Assembly: GCA_944380935.1 (NCBI GenBank)
Contig: CALWJF010000039.1
Location: 12,492-76,491, forward strand
DNA: 64,000 nucleotides
Reading direction: 5' to 3'
From: an uncultured Clostridia bacterium
Lineage (GTDB): Bacteria > Bacillota > Clostridia > Oscillospirales > QAMX01
The notes below the pieces were generated by a model. It had not been told where the DNA came from and searched no databases. It saw nothing but the letters and a program-made list of their open reading frames with translations. Position 1 is the first letter of the stretch; each line of letters opens with the position of its first letter. This document shows, piece after piece, positions 19,145 through 28,664 of this stretch. The position numbers were made by a program, and so were the translations under genes.

Positions 19145-19254
19145 ATTTGCAAAACTCCAAAATATAAATTTGGAATCTCTCCATCTATAGTTTATTCCGG
19201 AAAAAAATTTTGGTTCCAAAATACAGCATATTTTTGGAGTCTTCCAGTTTCCAT

Positions 19255-19299
19255 AAAAAGCCCCCTGAAAGAAAAGCAAAGCTTTCCCTTCAGGGGGCA
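19255..19299 (-). terminator. terminator of the yab operon (after yabR)
   Basis: On the minus strand: GCCCCCTGAAGGGAAAG...CTTTCTTTCAGGGGGC followed by TTTTT. Confidence 0.8.
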
Positions 19300-19324
19300 A
19301 ATCATATCCTTACAATCTAAATCG

Positions 19325-19744
19325 TCAGCGTCTTCCTTTACGTCCGCCTGTTTTACGATCTGTATTGTGACGCAAATCTGAGATCCGGCTGTCGCTGGAC
19401 CGCATGAATGCTTTAAGCTTGTCTTCGAAACTCATTGACTGCGCAGTCTCATCATTCACTGGAGCATGGGAAGGCACTGTTTGCGTTCGACGTGGGGCAG
19501 GCGCAGGCGATGCCTGTGCTTTTTTTATCGAAAGGCTATACCGTCCCGTTTCATCCATTTTTAATACCTTCACACGGACCGTCTGCCCAACCTGCAGATG
19601 TTCGGATATATCATTAATAAACCGATAGGAAACTTCGGAAATATGTACCATACCCACCGCACCGCTGTCGAGCGCAACAAACGCACCGTAACGTGTCAGT
19701 CCTGTGATTTTTCCCTCTACAACAGAATCAATTTCGATGGCCAT
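19325..19744 (-). CDS. yabR: S1 RNA-binding domain protein (YabR-like)
   Basis: S1 domain (VVEGKITGLTRYGAFVAL....GMVHISEVS). GGGAGG RBS before the ATG at 19744. Position after divIC matches the B. subtilis order. Confidence 0.8.
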   Translation of the reverse strand: MAIEIDSVVEGKITGLTRYGAFVALDSGAVGMVHISEVSYRFINDISEHLQVGQTVRVKVLKMDETGRYSLSIKKAQASPAPAPRRTQTVPSHAPVNDETAQSMSFEDKLKAFMRSSDSRISDLRHNTDRKTGGRKGRR

Positions 19745-19769
19745 ATTCGGATTCCTCCCAGATGTATCT

Positions 19770-20072
19770 TTACTTTCCAGTAATATTGATATAGATCCGT
19801 TCACCATAGTAAACGTAGCCAAGTTTCTCTCGTGCAATATTGGCAATCTCTTCGTCTGTCAGTTCCGAATCAATTGCTTCCTCCAGCTCCTGATTTTGTA
19901 CTTGAAGCTGATATACATCGCTTTTCAAAGCGTCAATTTCTTCCTGCTTTGCGCGAATGCCTGCGCTGATATCCAGAATATTATATCCCGCATAAACCAC
20001 AAACAAGACAAATGCTACTTTTAATATAAAAAGAGGTTTACGTTTTTTCTGTTTTGCTTTGCTTTTGTCCAT
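19770..20072 (-). CDS. divIC: septum formation initiator (FtsB/DivIC family)
   Basis: Basic N-terminus, a single TM, a coiled coil (EEIDALKSDVYQLQVQNQELEE) and the conserved REKLGY motif. Confidence 0.8.
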   Translation of the reverse strand: MDKSKAKQKKRKPLFILKVAFVLFVVYAGYNILDISAGIRAKQEEIDALKSDVYQLQVQNQELEEAIDSELTDEEIANIAREKLGYVYYGERIYINITGK

Positions 20073-20343
20073 TTCGTCTCCTTATAAATACCGGACGCAG
20101 AAGCCGTACCACAAGCAGCATACCTGAAATGATCGCTACAAGCTGATAGCCACGCACGAGTCCGCCACAAACGATTAGAAAAAAAGCCGTCGCAGCACCC
20201 AATGCAAAAATGGAGAAAATCAGATCCATTACAAGTTTCCATCGACCAAACCAGTGCGTCAGCACATATGCCGTTCCAAGTGTAAATCCCAAGAGCAAAG
20301 CATACAAAAATTCCAACGCCTGTACCGTATTCGAAACCAACAT
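20038..20343 (-). CDS. yabQ: spore cortex biosynthesis protein YabQ
   Basis: Small polytopic membrane protein between yabP and divIC. The ATG at 20343 abuts the yabP stop. Confidence 0.6.
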   Translation of the reverse strand: MLVSNTVQALEFLYALLLGFTLGTAYVLTHWFGRWKLVMDLIFSIFALGAATAFFLIVCGGLVRGYQLVAIISGMLLVVRLLRPVFIRRRNGQKQSKTEKT

Positions 20344-20344
20344 C

Positions 20345-20620
20345 TCAACCAAATAATTTTGACAGAATGGAGCCTGAACGTGCAGCGCTGTATTCCAATG
20401 CATCAATCTGCCCATGAATCACCAGTCCGCCATCATCGACACTCAAGCGCTCCATCTTCAAATCCCGGCCACGAATTACCAATTTTCCCAGTGTTGTATA
20501 CAGAATTGTCTCCCGGTCATCGAAATTTTCGATGTCTTCTACGCCTGTGATACTGATCTTTTCCCGATCCTGAATCACAACATTCTGCGGAATCTGCTTT
20601 TTCATTTCATGATCCGCCAT
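20345..20620 (-). CDS. yabP: sporulation protein YabP
   Basis: 91 aa. The pattern VVIQDREKISITGVEDIENFDD..I...T..G.L.I.G..L....L is typical of YabP. Confidence 0.8.
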   Translation of the reverse strand: MADHEMKKQIPQNVVIQDREKISITGVEDIENFDDRETILYTTLGKLVIRGRDLKMERLSVDDGGLVIHGQIDALEYSAARSGSILSKLFG

Positions 20621-20674
20621 TTTTTCACCGCCTTTTGCTCAATCTTAATCCATTGTATGGCGGCTCGGCAGCAT

Positions 20675-20920
20675 TTATTCCGCTATCTCCCGATAAAGTG
20701 CATCGGCCGAAGCCTTTGCAACATGCTCTTCCACTTGCATAACTTCAACTTTTAACGTCCGATTGGCATATCCTATTTCAATAATGTCGCCAGGCTTTAC
20801 CTGATAGGAAGCCTTCGCCTGACGGCCATTTACCATAACCCGTTGCCCATCACAAGCTTCGTTGGCAACCGTTCTACGTTTGATCAATCTCGATACTTTC
20901 AAATATTTATCCAGTCTCAT
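20675..20920 (-). CDS. yabO: S4-domain RNA-binding protein (YabO/Hsp15-like)
   Basis: MRLDKYLKVSRLIKRRTVANEACDGQRVMVNG S4 motif. Overlaps the hup stop by 4 nt. Confidence 0.8.
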   Translation of the reverse strand: MRLDKYLKVSRLIKRRTVANEACDGQRVMVNGRQAKASYQVKPGDIIEIGYANRTLKVEVMQVEEHVAKASADALYREIAE

Positions 20921-21195
20921 TCCTTCGCTATTGCCTCTTTCAACGCTTTCCCAGGCCGGAACGCAACCGTGCTCGTCTGACGGATTTCAATCATCTCTCC
21001 CGTTCGCGGATCACGTCCCGTATGTGCTGCTCTTGTACGAGGCTCAAAAGTCCCAAACCCTGAAAAAGATACTTTTTCACCCCGCGCCAGGCATCCAATC
21101 ACCAGATCACAAAATCCCGAAACCGTAGTTTCCACATCCCGGCGCTGCATACCCGTCTTTTCCATCAACGCAACAATAAGATCGCTTTTGTTCAT
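20917..21195 (-). CDS. hup: DNA-binding protein HU
   Basis: 92 aa, MNKSDLI....GFGTFE.R.RAA..GR.P.TGE.I.I signature. Confidence 0.95.
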   Translation of the reverse strand: MNKSDLIVALMEKTGMQRRDVETTVSGFCDLVIGCLARGEKVSFSGFGTFEPRTRAAHTGRDPRTGEMIEIRQTSTVAFRPGKALKEAIAKE

Positions 21196-21333
21196 CTTTT
21201 CTCCCTTCCTGGTTTAACAACCGTTGTATATGCACATCTCCATTTACGCTGCATGTCAATGCAATGTATATACATAAATATGCTTCTAAATTAACACAAA
21301 AGCCGGAAACATGCAAGGCGTTTTTTAAATTTT

Positions 21334-22938
21334 CTATCTCAATTTCAAGAATCCTGCAATTTTTTCACCCTTCGGCAACATCACGATATCTTCTTTATAT
21401 ATTCCGTGAATCGCATACAGTACAACACAATATACTACTGCTCCAACAGCAATTGCTCCAAGCGTTCCGATTTTGCTGCCAAGCACCCCTGCAAGCGGCG
21501 GATAAACCAGCCAAACCAAAATACCCATAACAAGCGCTGCCGCCATAGGCTTCAGAATACTCCCCCACCGTCTCGGCGATACACGCGAACGCTGAATCAC
21601 AATTAAATTAAAAATCGTAATCCCTGCGAAACTAATAACAGTCCCCACCGGCGCACCGTAAATCCCAATTGTGGGAATTCCAATTAAAACATAATTGACC
21701 GCAAGTTTCACACCTGCTCCAAAAAACATGGACCAGAGCGAAACTCGTTCCTTTCCGATTGCCTGCAAAATACCATTTGTGATCGAGACAAAACAAATGA
21801 ATACTGTAGAAATCGACATCATACGAAGTAACGGTGTTGCTGTCGCAACATCATCGGTAAAAAGCAAGCTAAGAATCTGGCCGGTAAGAACAAAAATACC
21901 AGCCGCACATGGAAACGCAATCAATGATGTCAGCCGCAGCCCGCTTTCTGTTGTACGTACCGCTGTTTCCCGGCTGCCTGTTACAAGATTTGCCGAAATA
22001 ATCGGAATCAGGCTGACCGTCAGCGAAGCAATCAGCGTTTGCGGTAAATTCATAATACTGACGCACATCGTCTCATAAATCCCATATAACGCACTTGCTC
22101 CGCTTTCTGTATAGCCGATCGCCTGAAGCCGCGACTGGATGATATACATGTCAATAATATTGGTTAATGACATAATACTGGATGCGATTGCGATTGGTAC
22201 GGCAATAGAACCCAACGTTTTTGCGAGCTTTGCACGCCGCTCGCTATATCCTTCACTACGGCTCTCACCCACTACATGCAGCGGTCGGCGAATCCACGTC
22301 TTTACCATTAAATACAGAGCGCTGACCGCTGTGGATACCACTATACCACCCACAGCTGCCGCCGCAGCATATTCAATACTTGCGCCACTTGAAATTGCAA
22401 GATATGCAAACCCATAACCGAAAATTAATTTTACAACGGCTTCCAGTGTCTGTGATATTGCCGTCGGATACATATTGGACAGGCCTTGATAAAAGCCGCG
22501 GTATGCTGAGGCAACCGCGCTGAAAAACAGCGCCGGGCCAAAAATCAATACACTCAAATAGGCGCGCGTGTTAGGAATAGACTCTACAAAGGGCCGTGCA
22601 ATAGCGATCAGGATTATACACAACACCGTCCCCAAAGCCAGCATAATGGCCATCGTTATATGGAACGTCCGTTTTGCCTGCGTACTGCGGCCAAGTGCCA
22701 CTGCTTCGGCAACCATCCGGCTGGTCGCAACCGGCACCCCGGCCGCCGCAACATTCAAAAGAAAAGCATAGGGCATATAAGCCGTGTTATATATGCCCAT
22801 ACCGTCGGCACCGATAAGGTTTTTCAGCGGGATTTTATAAATCGCACCAATTAATTTAATGACTATATTGGCGATGATAAGGATCATCGCACCTTCCAGA
22901 AAGCTCTGCCGTTGGATATGTCGGATATTATGTTTCAA
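21334..22938 (-). CDS. MOP-superfamily flippase (SpoVB / YabM-like polysaccharide biosynthesis protein)
   Basis: 534 aa, about 14 TM. N-terminal FLEGAMILIIANIVIKLIGAIYKIPL is typical of SpoVB/MurJ-like proteins. Position upstream of the yab genes resembles B. subtilis yabM. Confidence 0.8.
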   Translation of the reverse strand: MKHNIRHIQRQSFLEGAMILIIANIVIKLIGAIYKIPLKNLIGADGMGIYNTAYMPYAFLLNVAAAGVPVATSRMVAEAVALGRSTQAKRTFHITMAIMLALGTVLCIILIAIARPFVESIPNTRAYLSVLIFGPALFFSAVASAYRGFYQGLSNMYPTAISQTLEAVVKLIFGYGFAYLAISSGASIEYAAAAAVGGIVVSTAVSALYLMVKTWIRRPLHVVGESRSEGYSERRAKLAKTLGSIAVPIAIASSIMSLTNIIDMYIIQSRLQAIGYTESGASALYGIYETMCVSIMNLPQTLIASLTVSLIPIISANLVTGSRETAVRTTESGLRLTSLIAFPCAAGIFVLTGQILSLLFTDDVATATPLLRMMSISTVFICFVSITNGILQAIGKERVSLWSMFFGAGVKLAVNYVLIGIPTIGIYGAPVGTVISFAGITIFNLIVIQRSRVSPRRWGSILKPMAAALVMGILVWLVYPPLAGVLGSKIGTLGAIAVGAVVYCVVLYAIHGIYKEDIVMLPKGEKIAGFLKLR

Positions 22939-22963
22939 AAGCTGTCTCCTCCGTCCGCCGCTT

Positions 22964-24244
22964 TTAAGAATACAGAAGGGGCATTACATCGTCATGAAAT
23001 TGCCGGATTATTTTTTCCTTGTCAACATTAGGATAGTCCCCATTTTCATATATTATGCGGCCTCTTACCATTGTAAGCCGTACATCCGAAGCATTTGTAC
23101 AATAAATTAAATTCGATAGCAAGTTCCGTTGGGGAATAAGTCCCGGTCGGTCAAGATCCAGCATGGCCAGATCCGCATCATAACCTATTGCAATACGTCC
23201 GCAATTTTTATATCCCAATGCTTGGCACGCATTGGTTGTTGCAAACTGAAATACCTGCTGACTGTCCAACACTTGCGCATTACCGCTACGATATTTTTGC
23301 AACAGCACAGCATATTTCATCTCTTCGAACAGATCAAGACTATTATTGGAAGCCACGCCATCGGTTCCAACACTGACATTAATCCCATGGGCCAGATACT
23401 CTGTAACCGGCGCAATACCGGAAGCCAGTTTTAAATTACTGACCGGGCAATGCGCCAATGATACTCGATTGCGCGCTAGAATTTCCAAATCCCGCGCATC
23501 TACCCATACGCCATGCGCGACAAGCGGCTGGTTGGCAAACAGGCCGTTTGCTTCCAATACGGCTGCCGGCGTGTCTCCATATTGTTTCCGGCAGGTTTCC
23601 ACATCCTCGCGCGCTTCTGACATATGCATAATCAGCGGAACAGGATATCGGGCTTCCAATTTCCTTACCCAATCCCATACCTCCGGGCACGTCGTATGGA
23701 CACTATGCACACCACAGACCGGGGTAATGAATGTATCCCCCCAAAATTCCGCAAGCAACTGTTCTGTCTCGACAACACTGCAGTCATCCAGCGAAAAATT
23801 CTGCGTACAGAGCGGTACGTTGCCAATATTTCCGCGCATACCAAGTGCACGGACAGACCGCGCCAGCTGAGGCGCGCAGGCATACATATCACAAATCGCC
23901 GTTGTCCCCCCCGCCGCCGCTTCTAATAAGCCCATTTGTGCGGAAATCATTATCATTTCCGGCGTCATCCGGTCTTCTACCGGGATAATCGAACCAAACA
24001 GCCATTCATTGAGGTTTTGATCATCGCATACCCCACGCAACGCTGTCATGGCTATATGGGTATGCGTATTTTTCAGGCCGGGAATCAACAACCGGTTTTT
24101 CCCGTTGATTACACGTTTCGCCGGCTCCTGCGGCGCCTTATCAGACAGCCAGCAAATACCTGTGCCCTCAACACCGACATACATATTTCGCTTTTCTCCA
24201 TCAACAGGATCTAAAATATCAATGTTTTCAAATAAATATTCCAT
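22964..24244 (-). CDS. amidohydrolase, MTA/SAH deaminase (MtaD)-like
   Basis: PGLKNTHTHIAMT HxH metal motif, and the chlorohydrolase/deaminase pattern through HMSE, HGV and GTDG. Confidence 0.75.
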   Translation of the reverse strand: MEYLFENIDILDPVDGEKRNMYVGVEGTGICWLSDKAPQEPAKRVINGKNRLLIPGLKNTHTHIAMTALRGVCDDQNLNEWLFGSIIPVEDRMTPEMIMISAQMGLLEAAAGGTTAICDMYACAPQLARSVRALGMRGNIGNVPLCTQNFSLDDCSVVETEQLLAEFWGDTFITPVCGVHSVHTTCPEVWDWVRKLEARYPVPLIMHMSEAREDVETCRKQYGDTPAAVLEANGLFANQPLVAHGVWVDARDLEILARNRVSLAHCPVSNLKLASGIAPVTEYLAHGINVSVGTDGVASNNSLDLFEEMKYAVLLQKYRSGNAQVLDSQQVFQFATTNACQALGYKNCGRIAIGYDADLAMLDLDRPGLIPQRNLLSNLIYCTNASDVRLTMVRGRIIYENGDYPNVDKEKIIRQFHDDVMPLLYS

Positions 24245-24268
24245 ATTTTTCTGTTTCTCTACACAAAG

Positions 24269-24293
24269 AATCCGGCGATTTTCTCGCCGGATT
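24269..24293 (-). terminator. terminator after the zinc-ribbon gene
   Basis: AATCCGGCGA / TCGCCGGATT stem with a 4-nt loop. Confidence 0.65.
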
Positions 24294-24370
24294 TCTATTC
24301 TTTTTATTTTTCCGGATAATCACCCAAGTGCATATTCTCAAATATCGGTTATCTGAAACCTACTAAGTCT

Positions 24371-24958
24371 CTACAGCTTATCCGGCTCATCCTGATCTTT
24401 GCAATCCGAGTCGGTGGAATCCTCCGCTTCACACGGGCAGGTCTCCGGCTGCGCACAACACGACGGCTGCGCTGCATTTTCGCAGCAATTCCCTGCTTCT
24501 TCTTCCGATTCTGCTACAGAAGCCTCACACTCTTCTCCGGAAAATTCTCCCTCAACAACTTCCACTTCGATTTCCGGTTCGGGACGCTCAATCTTTGTCC
24601 CGCAGGAAGAACAATACGCTGCACTTTTTCCTACATTTTTCCCACAATTCGGACAAGTATACGCAGCTTTTGCTTTTGCAAGCGCTTCCTTTAACGCTTC
24701 GAGCTCCTCCTGTTTTCCATCAATTTGCGCCAAAATCTCATCAATGGCTTCCGAGTCAATTTCTTCACCACAGTGTACCGCATACAAAAGCTTCCCGGCA
24801 GCTTTAAAATCTGCATCAATTTGGGAGCCCAGCTCCATAATACGGAAATTTAGCTTTGTATTCGATACCCATTCTTTACCAAGCTGTGTCGCCTTTGTCC
24901 CAACTTGCTGCGCAGTTGATTTTACTTTATTCAAAAGATCTCTCACATTAATTTCCAT
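24371..24958 (-). CDS. zinc-ribbon domain protein with coiled-coil N-terminus and acidic Cys-rich tail
   Basis: CPNCGKNVGKSAAYCSSCG zinc ribbon. The tail carries 9 Cys in about 45 aa, including two CC pairs, among D/E residues. Confidence 0.7.
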   Translation of the reverse strand: MEINVRDLLNKVKSTAQQVGTKATQLGKEWVSNTKLNFRIMELGSQIDADFKAAGKLLYAVHCGEEIDSEAIDEILAQIDGKQEELEALKEALAKAKAAYTCPNCGKNVGKSAAYCSSCGTKIERPEPEIEVEVVEGEFSGEECEASVAESEEEAGNCCENAAQPSCCAQPETCPCEAEDSTDSDCKDQDEPDKL

Positions 24959-25054
24959 AAACTACGCTCCTTTCAAACAGCCAATAAAAATTCCTATCTT
25001 TATTATAACCCCCACCCGGTTCAAAGGCAAGATTTTTTTTAAAAAAGCACCAAT

Positions 25055-25993
25055 CTAATGCGGTAATCCTTCATTTCCAATGAATTCCCGCATAACCGAA
25101 TCCCGGGGAATCCAAGTTAAATTTAATTTTTCAACATTACGGAGTTTCTCTTCAAGATCCGCAAGACCGACCGCATCCAGCTTCTGCGCATCCAGCGCAG
25201 CAAGCGAATCACCTACCGCCACAGCCAGCATACCAGGTTCATAAGCCATCGATGTATCAATCAGAATATCAGCATTTGCCTTGGATGGTAATACATAACG
25301 GCGTTCTCCGCGGATCACGTTGGGCCAAAGCGATAATGTGCGGGTAAAGTCCGCACTACGGAATCGGATATCACGTATACTCCGGCGCAAAAATCGCAAT
25401 GCTTCCGGCGTCAAATAAATATCACCTTCCCTGGTCACGCGCATGCGCGGGCTGACATAAATCCGCACGGCAGGACCGGCGCCGTCAAACAAATCGGAAA
25501 GCGCATGTAGTCCTTCAAAAATCACCGCCGTCCCTTTTTTACGGCTTACCCTTCGCTGTGACAGGCTCTGTATACCCGTATGAAAATCATATTGGGGCAA
25601 TACTACCTCACCCTCCGACGCCAGAATTTTCATATGCTGGCGCAGCATGGCGATATCCAGCCGCTCCGGCGCTTCAAAATCAATGGTCGGATCATGGCGA
25701 TCCATTGTCATGAAATAATCGTCCATACTTATGGTCTGTGTCTCAATCCCCAGCTGCGCCAGTTTTGTACTTAAACGGTATGCGCTGGTGGTTTTTCCGG
25801 AACTGGAAGGACCTGCAAGCAGAATGATTCCCGCTTGTTCTATGCTCTCTGCAATTTTCTCAGCAGCCGCATCCAGCTTTGCAAAATACTCCTGTTCACA
25901 TGCACGAACAAAACCCTGTGGATCTTCTCGTAAATGCTTATTGATCCAATCAAGTTCCCGATAATTGCGATACGGTATGGCATTGCGCTTCAT
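25055..25993 (-). CDS. P-loop nucleoside/uridine-kinase-family protein
   Basis: Walker A GPSSSGKTT and a Udk/PRK-like core (VIFEGLHAL). Confidence 0.7.
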   Translation of the reverse strand: MKRNAIPYRNYRELDWINKHLREDPQGFVRACEQEYFAKLDAAAEKIAESIEQAGIILLAGPSSSGKTTSAYRLSTKLAQLGIETQTISMDDYFMTMDRHDPTIDFEAPERLDIAMLRQHMKILASEGEVVLPQYDFHTGIQSLSQRRVSRKKGTAVIFEGLHALSDLFDGAGPAVRIYVSPRMRVTREGDIYLTPEALRFLRRSIRDIRFRSADFTRTLSLWPNVIRGERRYVLPSKANADILIDTSMAYEPGMLAVAVGDSLAALDAQKLDAVGLADLEEKLRNVEKLNLTWIPRDSVMREFIGNEGLPH

Positions 25994-25994
25994 T

Positions 25995-26612
25995 CTACTT
26001 CCCTCCCCGTGCTTTTTTTCGAGCTAATTTTCTGGATATTCCAGGACCTTTATTTTTTTCCTTTAATTTCATTGGCCGCTTTTCTGCAGTAAAAATAAAA
26101 TATCCATCGTCCTCTTCAATTTTTACACCGCCAAAAACTGCAGCAATTCGATTTTTATACCATTGTTTACGCTTTGTCACCATAACAAGCCGGCCGCCCA
26201 AACAAAGGTGCTCCCAACTCTGGGATATAAACTTTTTTGCAACGGAAAAATCACTTTGATAGGGTGGATTGGACAGAATCAGCGTATAATCATAAAACAA
26301 AAGCGCATCCAGCGCATTACTTTGAACAACACGCACCGGCAAACCGGCAGTTTCCAAATTCTTCTTTGCGGCTGCTACAGCCTTTGCTTCAATATCGCAG
26401 GCATCTACACGCGCAGCGCCTGCAATACTGGCCCAGGCACTCACATAGCCCCAGCCGCAACCCAAGTCCAATACCCGATCTTCAGAAGTTATTGATACAT
26501 GCCGAAGCATAGCCAACGTACCGCAGTCCGGTGCGGATGGCGAAAACAGATCCGGTTCCGTTTTAAATTGAATTTCCCGCCCTAAGACAGGCAGAATCAG
26601 CTCATTCTTCAT
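25995..26612 (-). CDS. class I SAM-dependent methyltransferase (RsmC/RsmD-like, NPPY)
   Basis: VLDLGCGWGY SAM motif I and the NPPY motif. Confidence 0.8.
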   Translation of the reverse strand: MKNELILPVLGREIQFKTEPDLFSPSAPDCGTLAMLRHVSITSEDRVLDLGCGWGYVSAWASIAGAARVDACDIEAKAVAAAKKNLETAGLPVRVVQSNALDALLFYDYTLILSNPPYQSDFSVAKKFISQSWEHLCLGGRLVMVTKRKQWYKNRIAAVFGGVKIEEDDGYFIFTAEKRPMKLKEKNKGPGISRKLARKKARGGK

Positions 26613-28026
26613 AAAAATATTGCTCTATCCAGTCAAAATCTGCCAATACGCTGTCAATTCCTGCAATATACTCACGCGGATACTTCGGATTAACCCGGCG
26701 GCGAATTCCATGCCGGGTTAATTTGGTAGAAGCACCTGCCCCCAGGGCAATCACGTCCCCGATTTCTTCCATCATGCAAATGTTGTACAGGCATTCTTCC
26801 CCCGGCTTTGCAAAGCCGATATTTTCAAAGCTGCCCCCCATGTTCTTTTGCCGATAGAGATAATACGGCGCATATCCCTTTTGCATAATCGTCTTTTCTG
26901 CATAATCCAGCATTGCATGCAACCGGGAAGCCGGAGCGGGCTGATAAGCTTCCGCATTTAAAAAACTGGAACGTTTCACGGCAAGCGTATGTACCGTTAT
27001 ATTTTCCGGCGCAAGCGCCGTCACCCCATCAATTGTATTGTAAAAATCCTCTTCCGTTTCTCCCGGCAGGCCCGCAATTAGATCTACATTAATTGCTTGA
27101 AAACCTGCCTGCCTCGCAAGCGCAAACGCCTGGTAAAAATCTGCACTCGTATGTTTGCGCCCGATTACAGACAGCGTCTGATTTTTCAACGTCTGCGGAT
27201 TGACACATACACGCTCCACACCTGCCCTGCGAAGCGCCGCAAGTTTCTGTGCGCTGATCACGTCAGGACGTCCGGCTTCAACCGTAAATTCCGCAGCAGG
27301 CGCCAGCACATGAATGCGCGCGCACAGATCATACAGCTTGTCTGCATCCAGAATTGCCGGCGTACCACCGCCAATATAGACGCTTCGGATGCGGAGCCCT
27401 CTTGTCTTGACAAGTGTTTCAAATGCAAAAATTTCCCGCATCAGCGCCTGAATATATGCCTCACCATACTGCGCATAATCCCCCGCGGACATACTGACAA
27501 AAGAACAGTAACTGCATCGGGAAGGGCAAAATGGGATATGTAAGTACAGCAACACGTCCCGCGGTACCAAATCCTGATGCACGGAAAACGCAAATTTCGC
27601 TGCTGTTACGCACAAAGCTGCTTTGTCCGATTGAACATCGTAGGTTTTTTCCAACCAACGCTGCGCCTGCTCAGGCGTATGCCCCGCTTCCAGTTGCGCA
27701 CGAATTAATTTGGCCGGCCGTACGCCCGACAGCATCCCCCACTGCGGCGGTGAATCCAGCATCTGCAATGCGGCCCGATACAGTGCTCGCGCAACAACAA
27801 GACGATGCGTATGTTGACATTCATACTTGTCATTTGAATTCTGCAACCATGCGCAGGCTCGGGATTGGCGGTCTTCCTGTATCAATACGCACACCGCACT
27901 GATACGCTTGTGGGTCTGCCGAACCCGACATTGAATTTCAATTTCCTGACTGCCAAAAAGCGTCTGCGCAAGCTGCTCCAATGTATACCGGGCGTCGCTG
28001 CCCTCCAATAAAATCCGCATCGTCAA
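26602..28026 (-). CDS. HemN/HemZ-like radical SAM protein (annotated family: coproporphyrinogen dehydrogenase HemZ)
   Basis: CPSRCSYCSF CxxxCxxC cluster and a HemN_C-like end. Overlaps both neighbouring genes. Confidence 0.8.
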   Translation of the reverse strand: MTMRILLEGSDARYTLEQLAQTLFGSQEIEIQCRVRQTHKRISAVCVLIQEDRQSRACAWLQNSNDKYECQHTHRLVVARALYRAALQMLDSPPQWGMLSGVRPAKLIRAQLEAGHTPEQAQRWLEKTYDVQSDKAALCVTAAKFAFSVHQDLVPRDVLLYLHIPFCPSRCSYCSFVSMSAGDYAQYGEAYIQALMREIFAFETLVKTRGLRIRSVYIGGGTPAILDADKLYDLCARIHVLAPAAEFTVEAGRPDVISAQKLAALRRAGVERVCVNPQTLKNQTLSVIGRKHTSADFYQAFALARQAGFQAINVDLIAGLPGETEEDFYNTIDGVTALAPENITVHTLAVKRSSFLNAEAYQPAPASRLHAMLDYAEKTIMQKGYAPYYLYRQKNMGGSFENIGFAKPGEECLYNICMMEEIGDVIALGAGASTKLTRHGIRRRVNPKYPREYIAGIDSVLADFDWIEQYFYEE

Positions 28027-28664
28027 GCCTGAACAGCGCGAAGCATATCGACGTTGGTTATGCGTTCCCGCGCAAGCGTTGTAGAAACGTCATGGCCGGG
28101 ATAAACCACACGATCACCAGACAAATGGTATAAACGGCGCAAAGATTCCTGCATATCCAAAACACTTCCGCCCGGCAAATCGGTGCGTCCGCAGTCGCTT
28201 TCAAAAAGCGTATCTCCCGAAAACAGAACCTCTCCATTGTCAAAGCACACGCTGCCGCGCGTATGCCCCGGTGTATGCAAAACAACAAAATCCCCGCCGG
28301 GCAACGCAAGCACATCGCCATCATGCAGCTTTTGATCAACTTTAGCCGGTTTTATGTAGAGATCCGGCATACGCAGCGATCGGGTTTCCGCATGATCCGG
28401 TGCCTCTATACAACCTGCCTCCAGTTCATGAACGCATACCCGCGCGCCCGTCGCCGCCTGAACATCAGCAAGCGCAAGAATATGATCAAAATGGCTATGC
28501 GTTAATAAGATATGGGACACATGCAATTTGTTCTTTTCCACAAATGCCAGAATTCTTGCTGCCGTATCCCCCGGATCTACAATAAAAGCCTGCCGTGTAT
28601 CCGGATCAAATGCAACGTAGCAGTTGGTTCGAATCCATCCTACCGGAATCGTTTCAATTTCCAT
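28023..28664 (-). CDS. MBL-fold metallo-hydrolase (glyoxalase II-like)
   Basis: LLTHSHFDHI motif, then GHTRGS, then D..F. Confidence 0.85.
   Translation of the reverse strand: MEIETIPVGWIRTNCYVAFDPDTRQAFIVDPGDTAARILAFVEKNKLHVSHILLTHSHFDHILALADVQAATGARVCVHELEAGCIEAPDHAETRSLRMPDLYIKPAKVDQKLHDGDVLALPGGDFVVLHTPGHTRGSVCFDNGEVLFSGDTLFESDCGRTDLPGGSVLDMQESLRRLYHLSGDRVVYPGHDVSTTLARERITNVDMLRAVQA

Noticed and set aside
19145-19254. Canonical Fur box upstream of feoA.
   Set aside because: I found no match to the GATAATGATAATCATTATC or 7-1-7 TGATAATNATTATCA consensus. The different TCCAAAA/TTTTGGA repeats are reported as a finding instead.
24399-25058. 219-aa Ser-rich plus-strand ORF opposite the zinc-ribbon gene.
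   Set aside because: It is the mirror image of the Glu/Asp/Cys-rich coding strand. The minus-strand ORF has a zinc-ribbon motif and a terminator in the right place.
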